From: Candidatus Latescibacterota bacterium | GTDB lineage: Bacteria > Krumholzibacteriota > Krumholzibacteriia > WVZY01 > JAKEHA01 | DNA: 64,000 nt | Assembly (NCBI GenBank): GCA_963707635.1 | Contig: OY970173.1 | Span: 1,056,001 to 1,120,000, forward strand | Direction: 5' to 3' | Part shown: positions 52,102 through 61,365 of the stretch, piece after piece | How the letters are laid out: each line of letters opens with the position of its first letter | Numbering within the stretch: position 1 is the stretch's first letter | Position numbers and translations under genes: made by a program | Notes under the pieces: model-generated | Database searches by the model: none | Seen by the model: only the letters and a program-made list of their open reading frames with translations | Told to the model about the DNA's origin: nothing

Positions 52102-52845
52102 GTGGCGCGGCATCGCATCCTGGGCGCGGGCGTGCTCGTGACCGGCGTGGTCGGGCTGGGGATGGGAACGCTCGCGTGCGCGGACACCGGACAGGAGCGG
52201 GATGACATGACCGAGAAGCGCGAGCACATGGTCACCGAGCAGATCGAGCGCCGCGGGGTAACGGACGCGCGCGTGCTCGGCGCGCTGCGCGCGGTCAAGC
52301 GGCACCTGTTCGTGCCGGACGCAGAGCGCGAGGACGCGTACGAGGACCACCCGCTCGCCATCGGGCACGGGCAGACGATTTCGCAGCCGTACATCGTGGC
52401 CCTCATGACCGACGCGGCTCACCTGAAGCCCACTGACCGCGTGCTCGAGATCGGGACCGGATCGGGCTACCAGGCGGCGGTGCTGTCGCTGCTCGCGAAG
52501 GACGTCTACACCATCGAAATCGTCGAGCCGCTTGGGCTCACCGCGCAGCGGCGGCTCGAGGAGCTGGGCTACACGAACGTCCACGTGCGCATCGGCGACG
52601 GTTACAGAGGCTGGCCCGAGCACGCGCCCTTCGACGCCATCGTCGTCACCGCCGCGCCGCCGGAGATTCCGCAAGCCCTCGTCGACCAGCTGGCCGAGGG
52701 TGGGCGCATGGTCGTCCCGGTGGGGACGTCGTACCAGGAGCTGTTGTTGATCGAGAAGAAGAACGGCAAGACATCGAAGCGCGTCATCACGACGGTTCGC
52801 TTCGTGCCGATGGTGAAGGGGAAACCGGAAGGGAAAAAGGAGTAG
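52102..52845 (+). CDS. pcm: Protein-L-isoaspartate O-methyltransferase
   Basis: 'RHLFVP', 'IGHGQTISQPYIVALM', 'VLEIGTGSGYQAA', 'GDGYRGWPEHAPFDAIVVTAA', 'VRFVPM'. Confidence 0.96.
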   Translation: MARHRILGAGVLVTGVVGLGMGTLACADTGQERDDMTEKREHMVTEQIERRGVTDARVLGALRAVKRHLFVPDAEREDAYEDHPLAIGHGQTISQPYIVALMTDAAHLKPTDRVLEIGTGSGYQAAVLSLLAKDVYTIEIVEPLGLTAQRRLEELGYTNVHVRIGDGYRGWPEHAPFDAIVVTAAPPEIPQALVDQLAEGGRMVVPVGTSYQELLLIEKKNGKTSKRVITTVRFVPMVKGKPEGKKE

Positions 52846-52851
52846 TTCGCG

Positions 52852-53220
52852 CTAGCCTGCCGCCTTCGACTCCCCCCACCGCACCGTGACCACGGTGTGA
52901 ATCCCTCCGCGCACGAAGAAATCCCCCACGACCTCAACGAAACGCGGCTTCGTCGCTGCGACGATGTCGTCGAGAATCTTGTTGCTCACCGCCTCGTGAA
53001 ACGCGCCCTCGTTCCGATAGGACCACAGATAGAGCTTCAGCGACTTGAGCTCCACGCAGAGTTTATCCGGCACATACCGGATGCGCATGGTGGCAAAGTC
53101 CGGCTGGCCTGTCCGCGGGCACAGACAGGTGAATTCGGGACACTCGAACGAAATGAGATAGTCCCGGTCCGGCTTCGGGTTGTCGAAGACCTCGAGTTGT
53201 CGCGATGGCTGGCTGGACAT
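52852..53220 (-). CDS. queF: NADPH-dependent preQ0 reductase (type I QueF)
   Basis: '[17 protein letters not shown]', QueF motif '[13 protein letters not shown]', 'FHE', 'RGGI'. ATG at 53220. Confidence 0.95.
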   Translation of the reverse strand: MSSQPSRQLEVFDNPKPDRDYLISFECPEFTCLCPRTGQPDFATMRIRYVPDKLCVELKSLKLYLWSYRNEGAFHEAVSNKILDDIVAATKPRFVEVVGDFFVRGGIHTVVTVRWGESKAAG

Positions 53221-53273
53221 GCGCCAGATTCTACACGGGAACCATGCGCGGGACAACGGGCGTGGTCAGGCAC

Positions 53274-53370
53274 GAGCGGGTGGCGCCGACGGGCGCCCGG
53301 GCGGCGAGCGAGTCTAGTGCGTAGGCGCGGACGAAGCGAGCCGCACCGGGCTGTCGGCGACAGGACCCGC
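53274..53370 (-). repeat. 97-bp palindromic intergenic repeat, copy 2
   Basis: Reverse complement of 48643-48739 with three substitutions, two of them compensatory. Confidence 0.92.
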
Positions 53371-53391
53371 GTGCTCCAGGCGGGCGCGAGG

Positions 53392-55905
53392 CTACCAGCG
53401 CTGGATTGTCACCTCTCCGATTTCGACTCCGCTGTACGAGTCGTCGTCGAAGAAATAGTCGCGCAGCCGCTGATTCGGCTGGTTGGCGACCCGGCGCATC
53501 TTCGCCTCCACGCGGTACCGTCCCGGCGCCATGTCGGTGGGCACGCGCACGCGCACCCCGTCCTGAACGATGTCCGTCGCGCTCCACTCGTCCGGCCCGA
53601 ACAACCCGCCCAGGATCATGTGGTCTTCGCGGAAGCGGTAGCGCTCGCGCTTCGCCTTCTCGACCAGTTTGCGCGTGACCTTGGGGAACGGCCGGCCCTC
53701 GAACGGCAGCGCGAGCTGTTTCCGGTCGAAACGCACCGTCACCACGTAAGTGCCGGGCGGGGGTGCGGTCACGCACGACCAGTAGAGATCCATCGCCAAC
53801 TCGCCGCCCGCCGGGATGATGCCGGCGCCGTGGAGCGTCGCCCCCAGCAGCGTCGCCTCGCCGGCGACGACGCCGATCGACGCCACGTTCGAGGGCAGCG
53901 CATCGACCACCGGCCGCGGCACGGGGCGCGGCAGCGTATTGAGCCGTTCTTCGGCGCGCCAGCGAAACGCGGTCAGCCCGTCGTCGAGCGATATCGTCTC
54001 GAACTCGTAGCGCAGCGATTCGAACGTCTCCTCGGCGTCTTCGGCGGCCGACGGCTCGAGCGTCCAGTAGTTGAGGATCAGCCCCGGGGGCAGCGCCTGG
54101 TTGATGACGACGTGCGTCACGCCGTTCTCCCGAATCAGGCGCTCCTTGTCACGCGGGCCGGTGTATGGGCTCACGATGTCGCGCGCGGCGTTCATGCGCT
54201 GCTCGACGTGGAGGTCGTTGGGCGGCGCGTGCTGGTCGAGCGTGCACACCACGTAGTAGGGCGTGAACGCGGACACGAGATAGGAGGTAACCGGGTCGCT
54301 GGCGATTACGGACCCGTGGGGCAGGGCGTTCGCCAGCTGGTAGAGCCCGCGCGCCCAGCGATCCGGACCCCGGCGCCGTTCGGCGTCGAGCGTCGCCGCC
54401 GAGAAGGCAGTGTGCCTGAACAGCGGCGCGGTGGTGATGACGATTGCCACCAGGGTAACCGCGAGCGCGAACCGAGCGCGAGGCGGGCGGACGGCCACCA
54501 GGAAGGCCGGGAGCAGGTAGAACGGAACCATGGCGTCGAGCCGGAACACGAGGTACTTGAGCACCGAATAGGCCGGCGTCAGCACGAAGGGAACCAGCTC
54601 GACCACGAGCAGGGTGACGAACGCGGCGATCGTGTAGCCGACGCCGGGCACCTCGCGCCGTCTCGCCCACAGCGGCCCGATGCAGATGACCGCCGCGACA
54701 CCGAGCGGTCCGAAGATGTGCCACAGCCGGATAGGATCGGCCACGAACCACCGGTCGGTGACGAACATCGCGGCTTGCACCTGTTCGTGCAGCGGGCTGG
54801 TCTGATACGCGGTCACGAACCGGTACAGCGCGAACGGCATCGCGCCGGCGACGGCGGCGAAGGCCACGCTCAGGGTGCGCTGGAGGTGCTCGCCCCAGCC
54901 CCGCAGCGGCGAGCACGGCTTCCAGACCACGAACACGCCGGCTGCCCCGCACACCAGCACGGCGTACTGCACGTGCACGGCGGTGGCGGCGAACGCGTAG
55001 GCGGCACACCAGCGGAGCGCCGCGGCGGGCCCGCGATTCACGTACTCCGCCGCGGTGGCGATGAACAGGAGCAGGAACGCCGCGCCGAACCGATTCGGGT
55101 AGAACGCCGTGCGCACCATCAGATCGCCCACGCGCCAGTCGGTTCCGACCAGGAAGAGCACCACCGCGATGGCGGCGGCGAGGCGGTGGCGCCGCAGCAT
55201 CGTCCGCGACGTCGTGTACACGACCAGCGTCATGACCAGCAGCAGAAAGGCTCCGTAGATCGCGAACGTGTCGATCGGAGACGCACCGGTGTGGCGCACG
55301 GTGAAGCCGTAGATCGCGTGCAGGAGCGCCTTGCGAAAATCCTCGCCGTCGGCGCCCGGGTTGGAGTAGATCGCGGTGGTCGGAAATGGATCCCCGGTGC
55401 GCGCGATCTCGGCGACGTAGCCAGCGTGGTCGATGGTGTCGTTCGAGATCTCGAGCGGAGGGCCGACGAGTGCGACTCCGATGACGGGCTGCACGATGAG
55501 CAGGGCCAGGACGACCAGCAAGCGCCGATCGCGGGCTCGAATCGGGGTGCGGAGCGCGTCGACGCGCGTGATATCGCGCCCGGGTGTCAGGACCATGAGG
55601 GCCAGAATCAGGATCGGGAGCGTGATGCGGAAGGCGTCGATGGACGCGCCGGTGAGCGCCCACGCGAAGGCGGTCACCAGCATGAACAGGAGGCCGTTGG
55701 CGAAGACGTGCGTGGCCCGTTCGAGCGGGTCGTCCGAGCGCTGTCCGGTGAGGCGCGAGATGGCGTAGCCGGGGAGCACCACGCAGAATACGAGCACGAT
55801 CGGAATGCCGATCCACGCCGACGCCCACGCCGGCAGCAGCGGTGAGAGCGCGTACGCGACCAGCGAAAGGGCGGCGAAGACCAGCAGTGGGCGACCCAGA
55901 ACCAC
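53392..55905 (-). CDS. Large polytopic membrane protein, possible GT-C-type glycosyltransferase with C-terminal extracytoplasmic domain
   Basis: AGGAG RBS before the GTG at 55905, more than ten hydrophobic segments, acidic loop 'SNDTIDHAGYV', soluble C-terminus. Divergent from the glycosyltransferase operon. Confidence 0.65.
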   Translation of the reverse strand: MVLGRPLLVFAALSLVAYALSPLLPAWASAWIGIPIVLVFCVVLPGYAISRLTGQRSDDPLERATHVFANGLLFMLVTAFAWALTGASIDAFRITLPILILALMVLTPGRDITRVDALRTPIRARDRRLLVVLALLIVQPVIGVALVGPPLEISNDTIDHAGYVAEIARTGDPFPTTAIYSNPGADGEDFRKALLHAIYGFTVRHTGASPIDTFAIYGAFLLLVMTLVVYTTSRTMLRRHRLAAAIAVVLFLVGTDWRVGDLMVRTAFYPNRFGAAFLLLFIATAAEYVNRGPAAALRWCAAYAFAATAVHVQYAVLVCGAAGVFVVWKPCSPLRGWGEHLQRTLSVAFAAVAGAMPFALYRFVTAYQTSPLHEQVQAAMFVTDRWFVADPIRLWHIFGPLGVAAVICIGPLWARRREVPGVGYTIAAFVTLLVVELVPFVLTPAYSVLKYLVFRLDAMVPFYLLPAFLVAVRPPRARFALAVTLVAIVITTAPLFRHTAFSAATLDAERRRGPDRWARGLYQLANALPHGSVIASDPVTSYLVSAFTPYYVVCTLDQHAPPNDLHVEQRMNAARDIVSPYTGPRDKERLIRENGVTHVVINQALPPGLILNYWTLEPSAAEDAEETFESLRYEFETISLDDGLTAFRWRAEERLNTLPRPVPRPVVDALPSNVASIGVVAGEATLLGATLHGAGIIPAGGELAMDLYWSCVTAPPPGTYVVTVRFDRKQLALPFEGRPFPKVTRKLVEKAKRERYRFREDHMILGGLFGPDEWSATDIVQDGVRVRVPTDMAPGRYRVEAKMRRVANQPNQRLRDYFFDDDSYSGVEIGEVTIQRW

Positions 55906-55929
55906 GGTGAATCTCCTAACGTTTTGCAT

Positions 55930-55960
55930 TTATAGCAGATGGATCGCTATGCTAGAATAA
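55930..55960. promoter_or_regulatory. Back-to-back extended -10 promoters
   Basis: + strand TGcTAGAAT (55950-55958); - strand TGcTATAAA (55938-55930). Confidence 0.55.
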
Positions 55961-55970
55961 CAATCTGGCC

Positions 55971-57131
55971 ATGCCGTATCGCGTTTTAATCCTCGATACC
56001 GAGTTCGAGATGGGAGGGAAGGAGAAGAAGCTCTTCGACTTCATTCGCCGCACCGATCGGTCCCGTTTTGAAATCTCCGTCTGCTGTCTCAAGCGGGGGG
56101 GATACTTCAAGAGCAAGCTGGATTCACTGGGCGTGAGGTTCTACGACGGCATGCAGCGGCACCGATTCGACGCGCTGGCCTTCCGCGGCCTCGCGCGCGT
56201 GCTCCGCACCGAGCGCATCCAGCTCATCTACACCTTCGCGCATCCGGTCACGGTCATATTCGCCTATCTGGCGAAGCTCCGTCGGTTGACGGAGCGAACG
56301 GTGGTGTCGTTCCACGCGACCGGAAATCCGGAAGACGGCCGGCAGGCGCCCGTGTACCTGGTTCCGTTGCTTCGCCGCATGGATCTGATCCTCGCGGTGG
56401 CGGAGAGCCACAAGGAGTATCTGGTTCGGGTCGAAGGCCTGCCCCGCGACCGGATCCGCGTCATTCACAACGGCGTCGACACCGCGGCGTTCCGCCCGGC
56501 CGGCGACGCGGAACGGACGGAGATCCGGCGCGCGCTTGGACTCGCGGACGACGCGATCGTGTTCATCGCGGTGTCGTCGCTCAAGCCGTTGAAGCGACTC
56601 GACCTCCTGCTGAACGCGGCGGCGCCGACGCTGCGCCGGGAAAACGCCCGGCTCGTCATCGTGGGCCGGGGACCCGAGCACGACCGGCTGGTGCAGCTGG
56701 CGGAGGAGTTGAGGATCGCAGACCGCGTGCTCTTCACCGGGATGCGCGACGACGTCGAGACGGTGTTGCGCGCGGCGGACGCGCTGGTGCTGTCGTCGCG
56801 CACGGAGGCGTTTCCCAACGTCGTGCTGGAAGCGATGGCGACCGCCCTGCCCGTGATCACGACTGACGTCGGCAGCGTGCGCGAGATGGCGGTGCACGAG
56901 GAGAGCGCGCTGATCGTGCCGGCCGAGGACGAGAGCGCGCTCGGCGCCGCCATCCAACGCGTCGCGACCGACGCCGCGCTGCGTCGCGCGTTCGGGGCGC
57001 GCGGACGCGAGATCGTCGAGGCGCGTTTTCGCATCGAGACCATGTGCGCCGCGCGGGAAGCCCTGTTCGAGGAGCTGCTGTCGCCCGCCGCCGCGATGCG
57101 CGACCTTGCCGCCGGGGCGAAGCACGCATGA
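55971..57131 (+). CDS. GT4-family glycosyltransferase
   Basis: 'MGGKEK', 'VIHNGVD', 'LKRLD', ExxxxxxxE motif 'EAFPNVVLEAMA', 'TDVG'. Confidence 0.92.
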   Translation: MPYRVLILDTEFEMGGKEKKLFDFIRRTDRSRFEISVCCLKRGGYFKSKLDSLGVRFYDGMQRHRFDALAFRGLARVLRTERIQLIYTFAHPVTVIFAYLAKLRRLTERTVVSFHATGNPEDGRQAPVYLVPLLRRMDLILAVAESHKEYLVRVEGLPRDRIRVIHNGVDTAAFRPAGDAERTEIRRALGLADDAIVFIAVSSLKPLKRLDLLLNAAAPTLRRENARLVIVGRGPEHDRLVQLAEELRIADRVLFTGMRDDVETVLRAADALVLSSRTEAFPNVVLEAMATALPVITTDVGSVREMAVHEESALIVPAEDESALGAAIQRVATDAALRRAFGARGREIVEARFRIETMCAAREALFEELLSPAAAMRDLAAGAKHA

Positions 57132-58396
57132 ACGTCCTCAAGTTCGTATTCGGTCACCGCGGGGCGGCCAACCTGGTGCGGCGCAGCGCCCAGATTGCGA
57201 CTCGATTCGGGCCGACTCCTGAGCGCATGGGGGGGCGGTTCGAGCGCTTCATGGACATCCTGGACGAGTTCTCGATTCGGCCCACGTTTCCGATCACGGC
57301 GCTGCCGATGAGCCGCAACCCGGCGTTCGCGCACCGGCTGCTCGAGCGCGGCGCCGAGCTGGCGGTGCACGCGTGGTCGCATATCGACCTCTCGGCGCTG
57401 GATCTCGCCGGGCAGCGTGAGCACCTGGGGCGGGCCGTGGATCTGTTTCGAGAGTGTTCGGTGCCCTTCACGGGGTTTCGGGCACCTTACCTGCACTGGA
57501 ACGAAGACACCATGCGCGTCGTGGGCGAGTTTCAGTTCAGCTACAGCTCCAACCGCACCGTCTGGTGGAACGTGCTGGATGTGCCCGCGCTGACCGCGCG
57601 CCAGCGGGAGGGTATGGAGCGCGGGAAGTCGTTCTATCGCCCGGTTCCGGCCACGCAGTTCCGCGCGCTGCCGTTCCGCCGCAACGGGTTCGTCGAGATC
57701 CCCGTGTGCCTTCCCGACGACGAGATCCCGCTCGACCGCATGTACATCCGCGACGCGAACTACCTCGGCGCCATGTGGCGAAACATCCTGAAGCTCACCC
57801 ACGAGCGCGGGGAGCTGTTCACGCTGCAACTGCACCCGGAGCGGATCGACTTCTTCGCGGACGCGCTGCGCGGGCTGCTGGCGGACGCGCGCGCGCGCAC
57901 GCCCGCGGTCTGGATCGCGACCCTCGATGAGATCGCCGTGTGGTGGAAGGCGAAGGCGCACAACCGCGCGCAGTTCGTCCGCGACGGTGAACGCTTCCGG
58001 GTCGCGATCGAAGCCTGCCCCGGGACCGCCGTGTTCCTGCGCGAGAACGGCGTCGAGCGGGCCGTCGCTCCCGGGCCGCTGGTGGTCGACTCGGCGTTTC
58101 GGCCCAGCGTGGGCGTCTCCGCGGGCTCGAGCCGGGATGCCGTGGGGTTCCTCACCGACCTGGGCTACTTCGTCGAGGTCGGCGATCGCTCGGGCGGGTA
58201 CTCGGTGCACCTCGGCCTGGTCGACAGCTCCGACTACACGTCGATCGAGGCGTGCCGACGGGTGATCGAGGAATCGAAGCGGCCGCTGGTGAGGCTGGGC
58301 ACGTGGCCGGACGGGGCCCGGAGTGCGCTCGCGGTCACGGGCGACATCGACGCGCTCACCATCTGGGATTTCGTCGCGCGTTTTCGCGGGATGTAG
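57128..58396 (+). CDS. Polysaccharide deacetylase (CE4/NodB-like), apparently circularly permuted
   Basis: 'ELAVHAWSH', 'GFRAPYL', 'EIPV..PDD', 'LQLHPE'. The motif-1-like 'WPDG..ALAVTGDID' lies at the extreme C-terminus. Confidence 0.8.
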   Translation: MNVLKFVFGHRGAANLVRRSAQIATRFGPTPERMGGRFERFMDILDEFSIRPTFPITALPMSRNPAFAHRLLERGAELAVHAWSHIDLSALDLAGQREHLGRAVDLFRECSVPFTGFRAPYLHWNEDTMRVVGEFQFSYSSNRTVWWNVLDVPALTARQREGMERGKSFYRPVPATQFRALPFRRNGFVEIPVCLPDDEIPLDRMYIRDANYLGAMWRNILKLTHERGELFTLQLHPERIDFFADALRGLLADARARTPAVWIATLDEIAVWWKAKAHNRAQFVRDGERFRVAIEACPGTAVFLRENGVERAVAPGPLVVDSAFRPSVGVSAGSSRDAVGFLTDLGYFVEVGDRSGGYSVHLGLVDSSDYTSIEACRRVIEESKRPLVRLGTWPDGARSALAVTGDIDALTIWDFVARFRGM

Positions 58397-58406
58397 CAGC
58401 GCCTCC

Positions 58407-59486
58407 ATGTCACCCCGCATCGTCATCGTGTCCGAAGACCTCGTCGAACCCTGGGACGAGGGGATCAAGAAGTTCGCCTTCTCGATCGGCCGTGCGCTCG
58501 GCCGTGACCATCCCGTGCGCATGATCAACGTCGACCGCAGCGGATTCGCGGCGGCGCGCAACGGCGCCGCCGGGGGCGAGCCGACGATCCACACCGTCGC
58601 TGGCACGCGCACCTTCATGCAGCCGGCGCTGCGACACGCGGTGGCGACCTTCGAGCCGGAGGTGGTGCTCTATGTGCCGTCGCCGTCGTCGACCATTGCG
58701 AGTTTCCTACGCGCGTTCGCGCTGCGCCGCCACTGGCCGCGCGCACGCCACGGCATGGTGGCGCTGATTCCGCGCCGTCATTCCTCGCGGTTGAAACCGA
58801 TGCTGCGCGGCGCCGCGCCGGACGTGATCTTCGTGGCGTCATATTCATCTCTGCTCCACTTAAGCGACCTGGCACTGCGCGGGGACGTGGTCCCGGTCGG
58901 CGTCGACCTCGCGGTGTTTCGCCCCGCGCGCGACGGGGAGAAGGCAGCGCTCCGGCGCGCGCACGGCGTCCCGGCGGAGGCGTTCGTCTACCTGCACGTG
59001 GGGCACCTGAGCCCGAAGCGGAATCTGCCGGCGCTCGCGCGTCTCCAGCGCGAACCGGGCACGCAGGTCATCGTGATCGGGAGCACCAGCACGCCCGAAG
59101 ACGCGGCGCTGCGCGCGGAGCTCCAGGCCGCCGGCGTGCGCGTAATCCGCGAGTTCGTCCCGGTCGACGAGTTCTACCGGCTGGCGGACGTCTACGTGTT
59201 TCCGGTGATCGACAGCGAGGGCTGCGTCGAGATCCCGCTGTCGGTGATCGAGGCGCTCGCGAGCGGGTTGCCCGTCATCGCGCGGCCGTTCGGCGGGCTG
59301 CGCGACTTCGTGTCGCCCGGCGACGACGTCCGCTACTTCGAGGGCGAGGAGGAGATGGTCGCGCACGCCCGCGCGCTACAGCGCGGACCGCGTCCGCGCG
59401 TGCGCGACATGGGCGACTTCGCGTGGGGTCGTGTGGCGGAGCGGCTGGTCGCGCGCCTGCGCGGGGATGGGGCGCCGGCGGCATGA
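58407..59486 (+). CDS. GT4-family glycosyltransferase
   Basis: 'GVDLAVFRP', 'HVGHLSPKRN', 'ADVYVFP', 'EIPLSVIEALASGLPV'. Confidence 0.88.
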   Translation: MSPRIVIVSEDLVEPWDEGIKKFAFSIGRALGRDHPVRMINVDRSGFAAARNGAAGGEPTIHTVAGTRTFMQPALRHAVATFEPEVVLYVPSPSSTIASFLRAFALRRHWPRARHGMVALIPRRHSSRLKPMLRGAAPDVIFVASYSSLLHLSDLALRGDVVPVGVDLAVFRPARDGEKAALRRAHGVPAEAFVYLHVGHLSPKRNLPALARLQREPGTQVIVIGSTSTPEDAALRAELQAAGVRVIREFVPVDEFYRLADVYVFPVIDSEGCVEIPLSVIEALASGLPVIARPFGGLRDFVSPGDDVRYFEGEEEMVAHARALQRGPRPRVRDMGDFAWGRVAERLVARLRGDGAPAA

Positions 59487-61354
59487 GCGCGGTGCTCGAA
59501 CCGGTGACGCTCGCGCCCGCTCACGACCACGCGCTGCGGATCGCGGCGAGACTCGCGAATCCGTACGGGAGCGAGGAGCTCGCGCGGCACGACGCGGTGG
59601 CACTGCACGCGGCCGCTGTCCTGCTCGAGAAGCAGGGCGTGTCGTTCATCCCGCTCGCCGGGCGCTACGGAGTCGCACTCGACTCCACGCCGATGGGCGA
59701 ATTCGTGAAACGCGACCTGGCGCGCTATCGCATGCAGCGCGAGGAATACGAGCGGATCCGGCTTCGCTTCATCGCCGCGGGCGTGGAATCGATGGTGTTC
59801 AAGTCCACCGGCGCTGTCCCCGCCTTCCACTATCTCTCCAGCAACCTCGACATCCTCGTGCCGGCCGGCCGCGCCGGCGCCGCGCGCCGGGTCCTGGTCG
59901 ACCTCGGCTACGTCGAACTGGTGAATGTCGAAGAGCCGCGGAAGTTTCTGTTCCGGCGCTTCCCCGGCGACGGTTCGAGCTTCGCGTTCCACCTGCACGA
60001 GGTGGTCGGGTGGGGCGTGCCGTTTCTGGACAACGGCCTGGTGTGGGCGCACGCGCGGCATCCGGTCGACGACCCCGACATCCTGATCCCGGGACCCTCA
60101 GAAGCGCTGCTGGTGACCCTCGCGCACTGGTTCTACGAGGACAAGGCGCTTTCGCTGGGAAATCTGTTCCTCACCGCGCACGCCCTGCGCGGGCTGGGCC
60201 AGGCGCTCGCCGACTCCGCCGCGCACGCCCGGCTGCGCGGGTGGGAGGAAGGATTCTGGGGTGCCTTGTGCGTGTTCGAGGAAACATGGAAGCGGCTTTT
60301 CGACCAGGGCTTTCTGAGCGAGGAGCAACGCGCGGAGCTCAATCGCGCGCCGGCGCGCTACGCCGCGGTGCGGGCGAACATCCTGCCGCGGGTGCGCTAC
60401 CTCGAGAACGGGGTCGCCGCGGCGGTCCCCTTCAACGCGAACAAGGTGGCGTACTACCGCAAGGTGCTGCGTGACCGGGCCCGCAGCGGCGGACGCAAGC
60501 TGCTCGACGTGTACGACACGCTGCTGTGGGCGGTGCGCTGGAAGCTCCACGTTCGCAGCCAGCCAGCCGTGCTGATCAGCTTGAGCGGGTGCGACGGGGC
60601 GGGGAAGACGCTCCAGGCGGAGCGGCTGCGAAGTGTGTTCGACGCGTGCGACCTGCGCGTCACGTGCATCTGGGCGCGCGGCGCGTCGTCGCGCGGAGCG
60701 GGCGCCGTGCTGCGCGCGGGCACGGCCGTGCTCGGGCGCGGCAGTGCGGACAGCGAGAGCGACGTGCCGAACGCGTCGACCACGGGCGGCGAAGCGGGGC
60801 GTTCGCCGCGACGCAGCGAAGCCGATCGCTTCAACCAGCGGCAGCGGAAGCTGCGCCACCCGTTCGTGCGCTGGGTGTTCAGCCTGGTGTTCGCGGCCGA
60901 CCTCGGGTGGTCGTACGTGGTGCGCACGCGCGCGGCCATGGCTGCAGGGTATGTCGTGATATGCGATCGCTACATCTGTGACGCGCTCGTCGACTTCGCG
61001 CTATACACCGGCACCGATCCCTCCAACCCCCCGCTCGCGCTCAAGCTCCTGCACGGCCTCGTGCCGCGCCCGCACGCGGCGGTGCTGCTCGACGTCGACC
61101 CGGCGGAGGCGCTGCGGCGCAAGCCCGAGGAGGGCGGCACCGCGCACCTCGAGACCGCGCGCGCGATGTTCGTCGGCCTGGCCCAGGCACGGCGGATGAC
61201 GATCATGCCCGCGGGGGCCGCGGCGGACGACATCCAGCGCTCGCTCGCGCGGCAGGCGCTCGGCGCGTTCTACGAGCGGTACGGCACCGTGATCAACTGG
61301 CTTCTGCGCTCGAACCCGGACCAACTGAACCCCGGCGACCGCTCGGCGCGGTAG
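59483..61354 (+). CDS. Nucleotidyltransferase-like domain fused to a thymidylate-kinase-like P-loop domain
   Basis: N-half 'MVFKS....SSNLDILV...DLGY...HLH'; C-half 'ISLSGCDGAGKT', 'VICDRYICD', 'PRP....LLDVDP..ALRRK'. Confidence 0.7.
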   Translation: MSAVLEPVTLAPAHDHALRIAARLANPYGSEELARHDAVALHAAAVLLEKQGVSFIPLAGRYGVALDSTPMGEFVKRDLARYRMQREEYERIRLRFIAAGVESMVFKSTGAVPAFHYLSSNLDILVPAGRAGAARRVLVDLGYVELVNVEEPRKFLFRRFPGDGSSFAFHLHEVVGWGVPFLDNGLVWAHARHPVDDPDILIPGPSEALLVTLAHWFYEDKALSLGNLFLTAHALRGLGQALADSAAHARLRGWEEGFWGALCVFEETWKRLFDQGFLSEEQRAELNRAPARYAAVRANILPRVRYLENGVAAAVPFNANKVAYYRKVLRDRARSGGRKLLDVYDTLLWAVRWKLHVRSQPAVLISLSGCDGAGKTLQAERLRSVFDACDLRVTCIWARGASSRGAGAVLRAGTAVLGRGSADSESDVPNASTTGGEAGRSPRRSEADRFNQRQRKLRHPFVRWVFSLVFAADLGWSYVVRTRAAMAAGYVVICDRYICDALVDFALYTGTDPSNPPLALKLLHGLVPRPHAAVLLDVDPAEALRRKPEEGGTAHLETARAMFVGLAQARRMTIMPAGAAADDIQRSLARQALGAFYERYGTVINWLLRSNPDQLNPGDRSAR

Positions 61355-61365
61355 CGCCCACGAAT

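Noticed and set aside
48643..53370. Composite transposon bounded by the inverted repeats
   Set aside because: No transposase or integrase lies inside, I see no target-site duplication, and the cargo is housekeeping-like (mscS, pcm, queF).
53221..53391. Possible preQ1 riboswitch upstream of queF
   Set aside because: No preQ1-like small hairpin with an A-rich tail is visible. The structured sequence here is the repeat also found after sdhB.
52897..55845. Very long antisense ORFs (also 28678-30855, 13769-15775, 56465-58618)
   Set aside because: They lie opposite well-supported genes, are rich in Arg/Gly/His/Val and lack motifs. Such shadows are expected at high GC.
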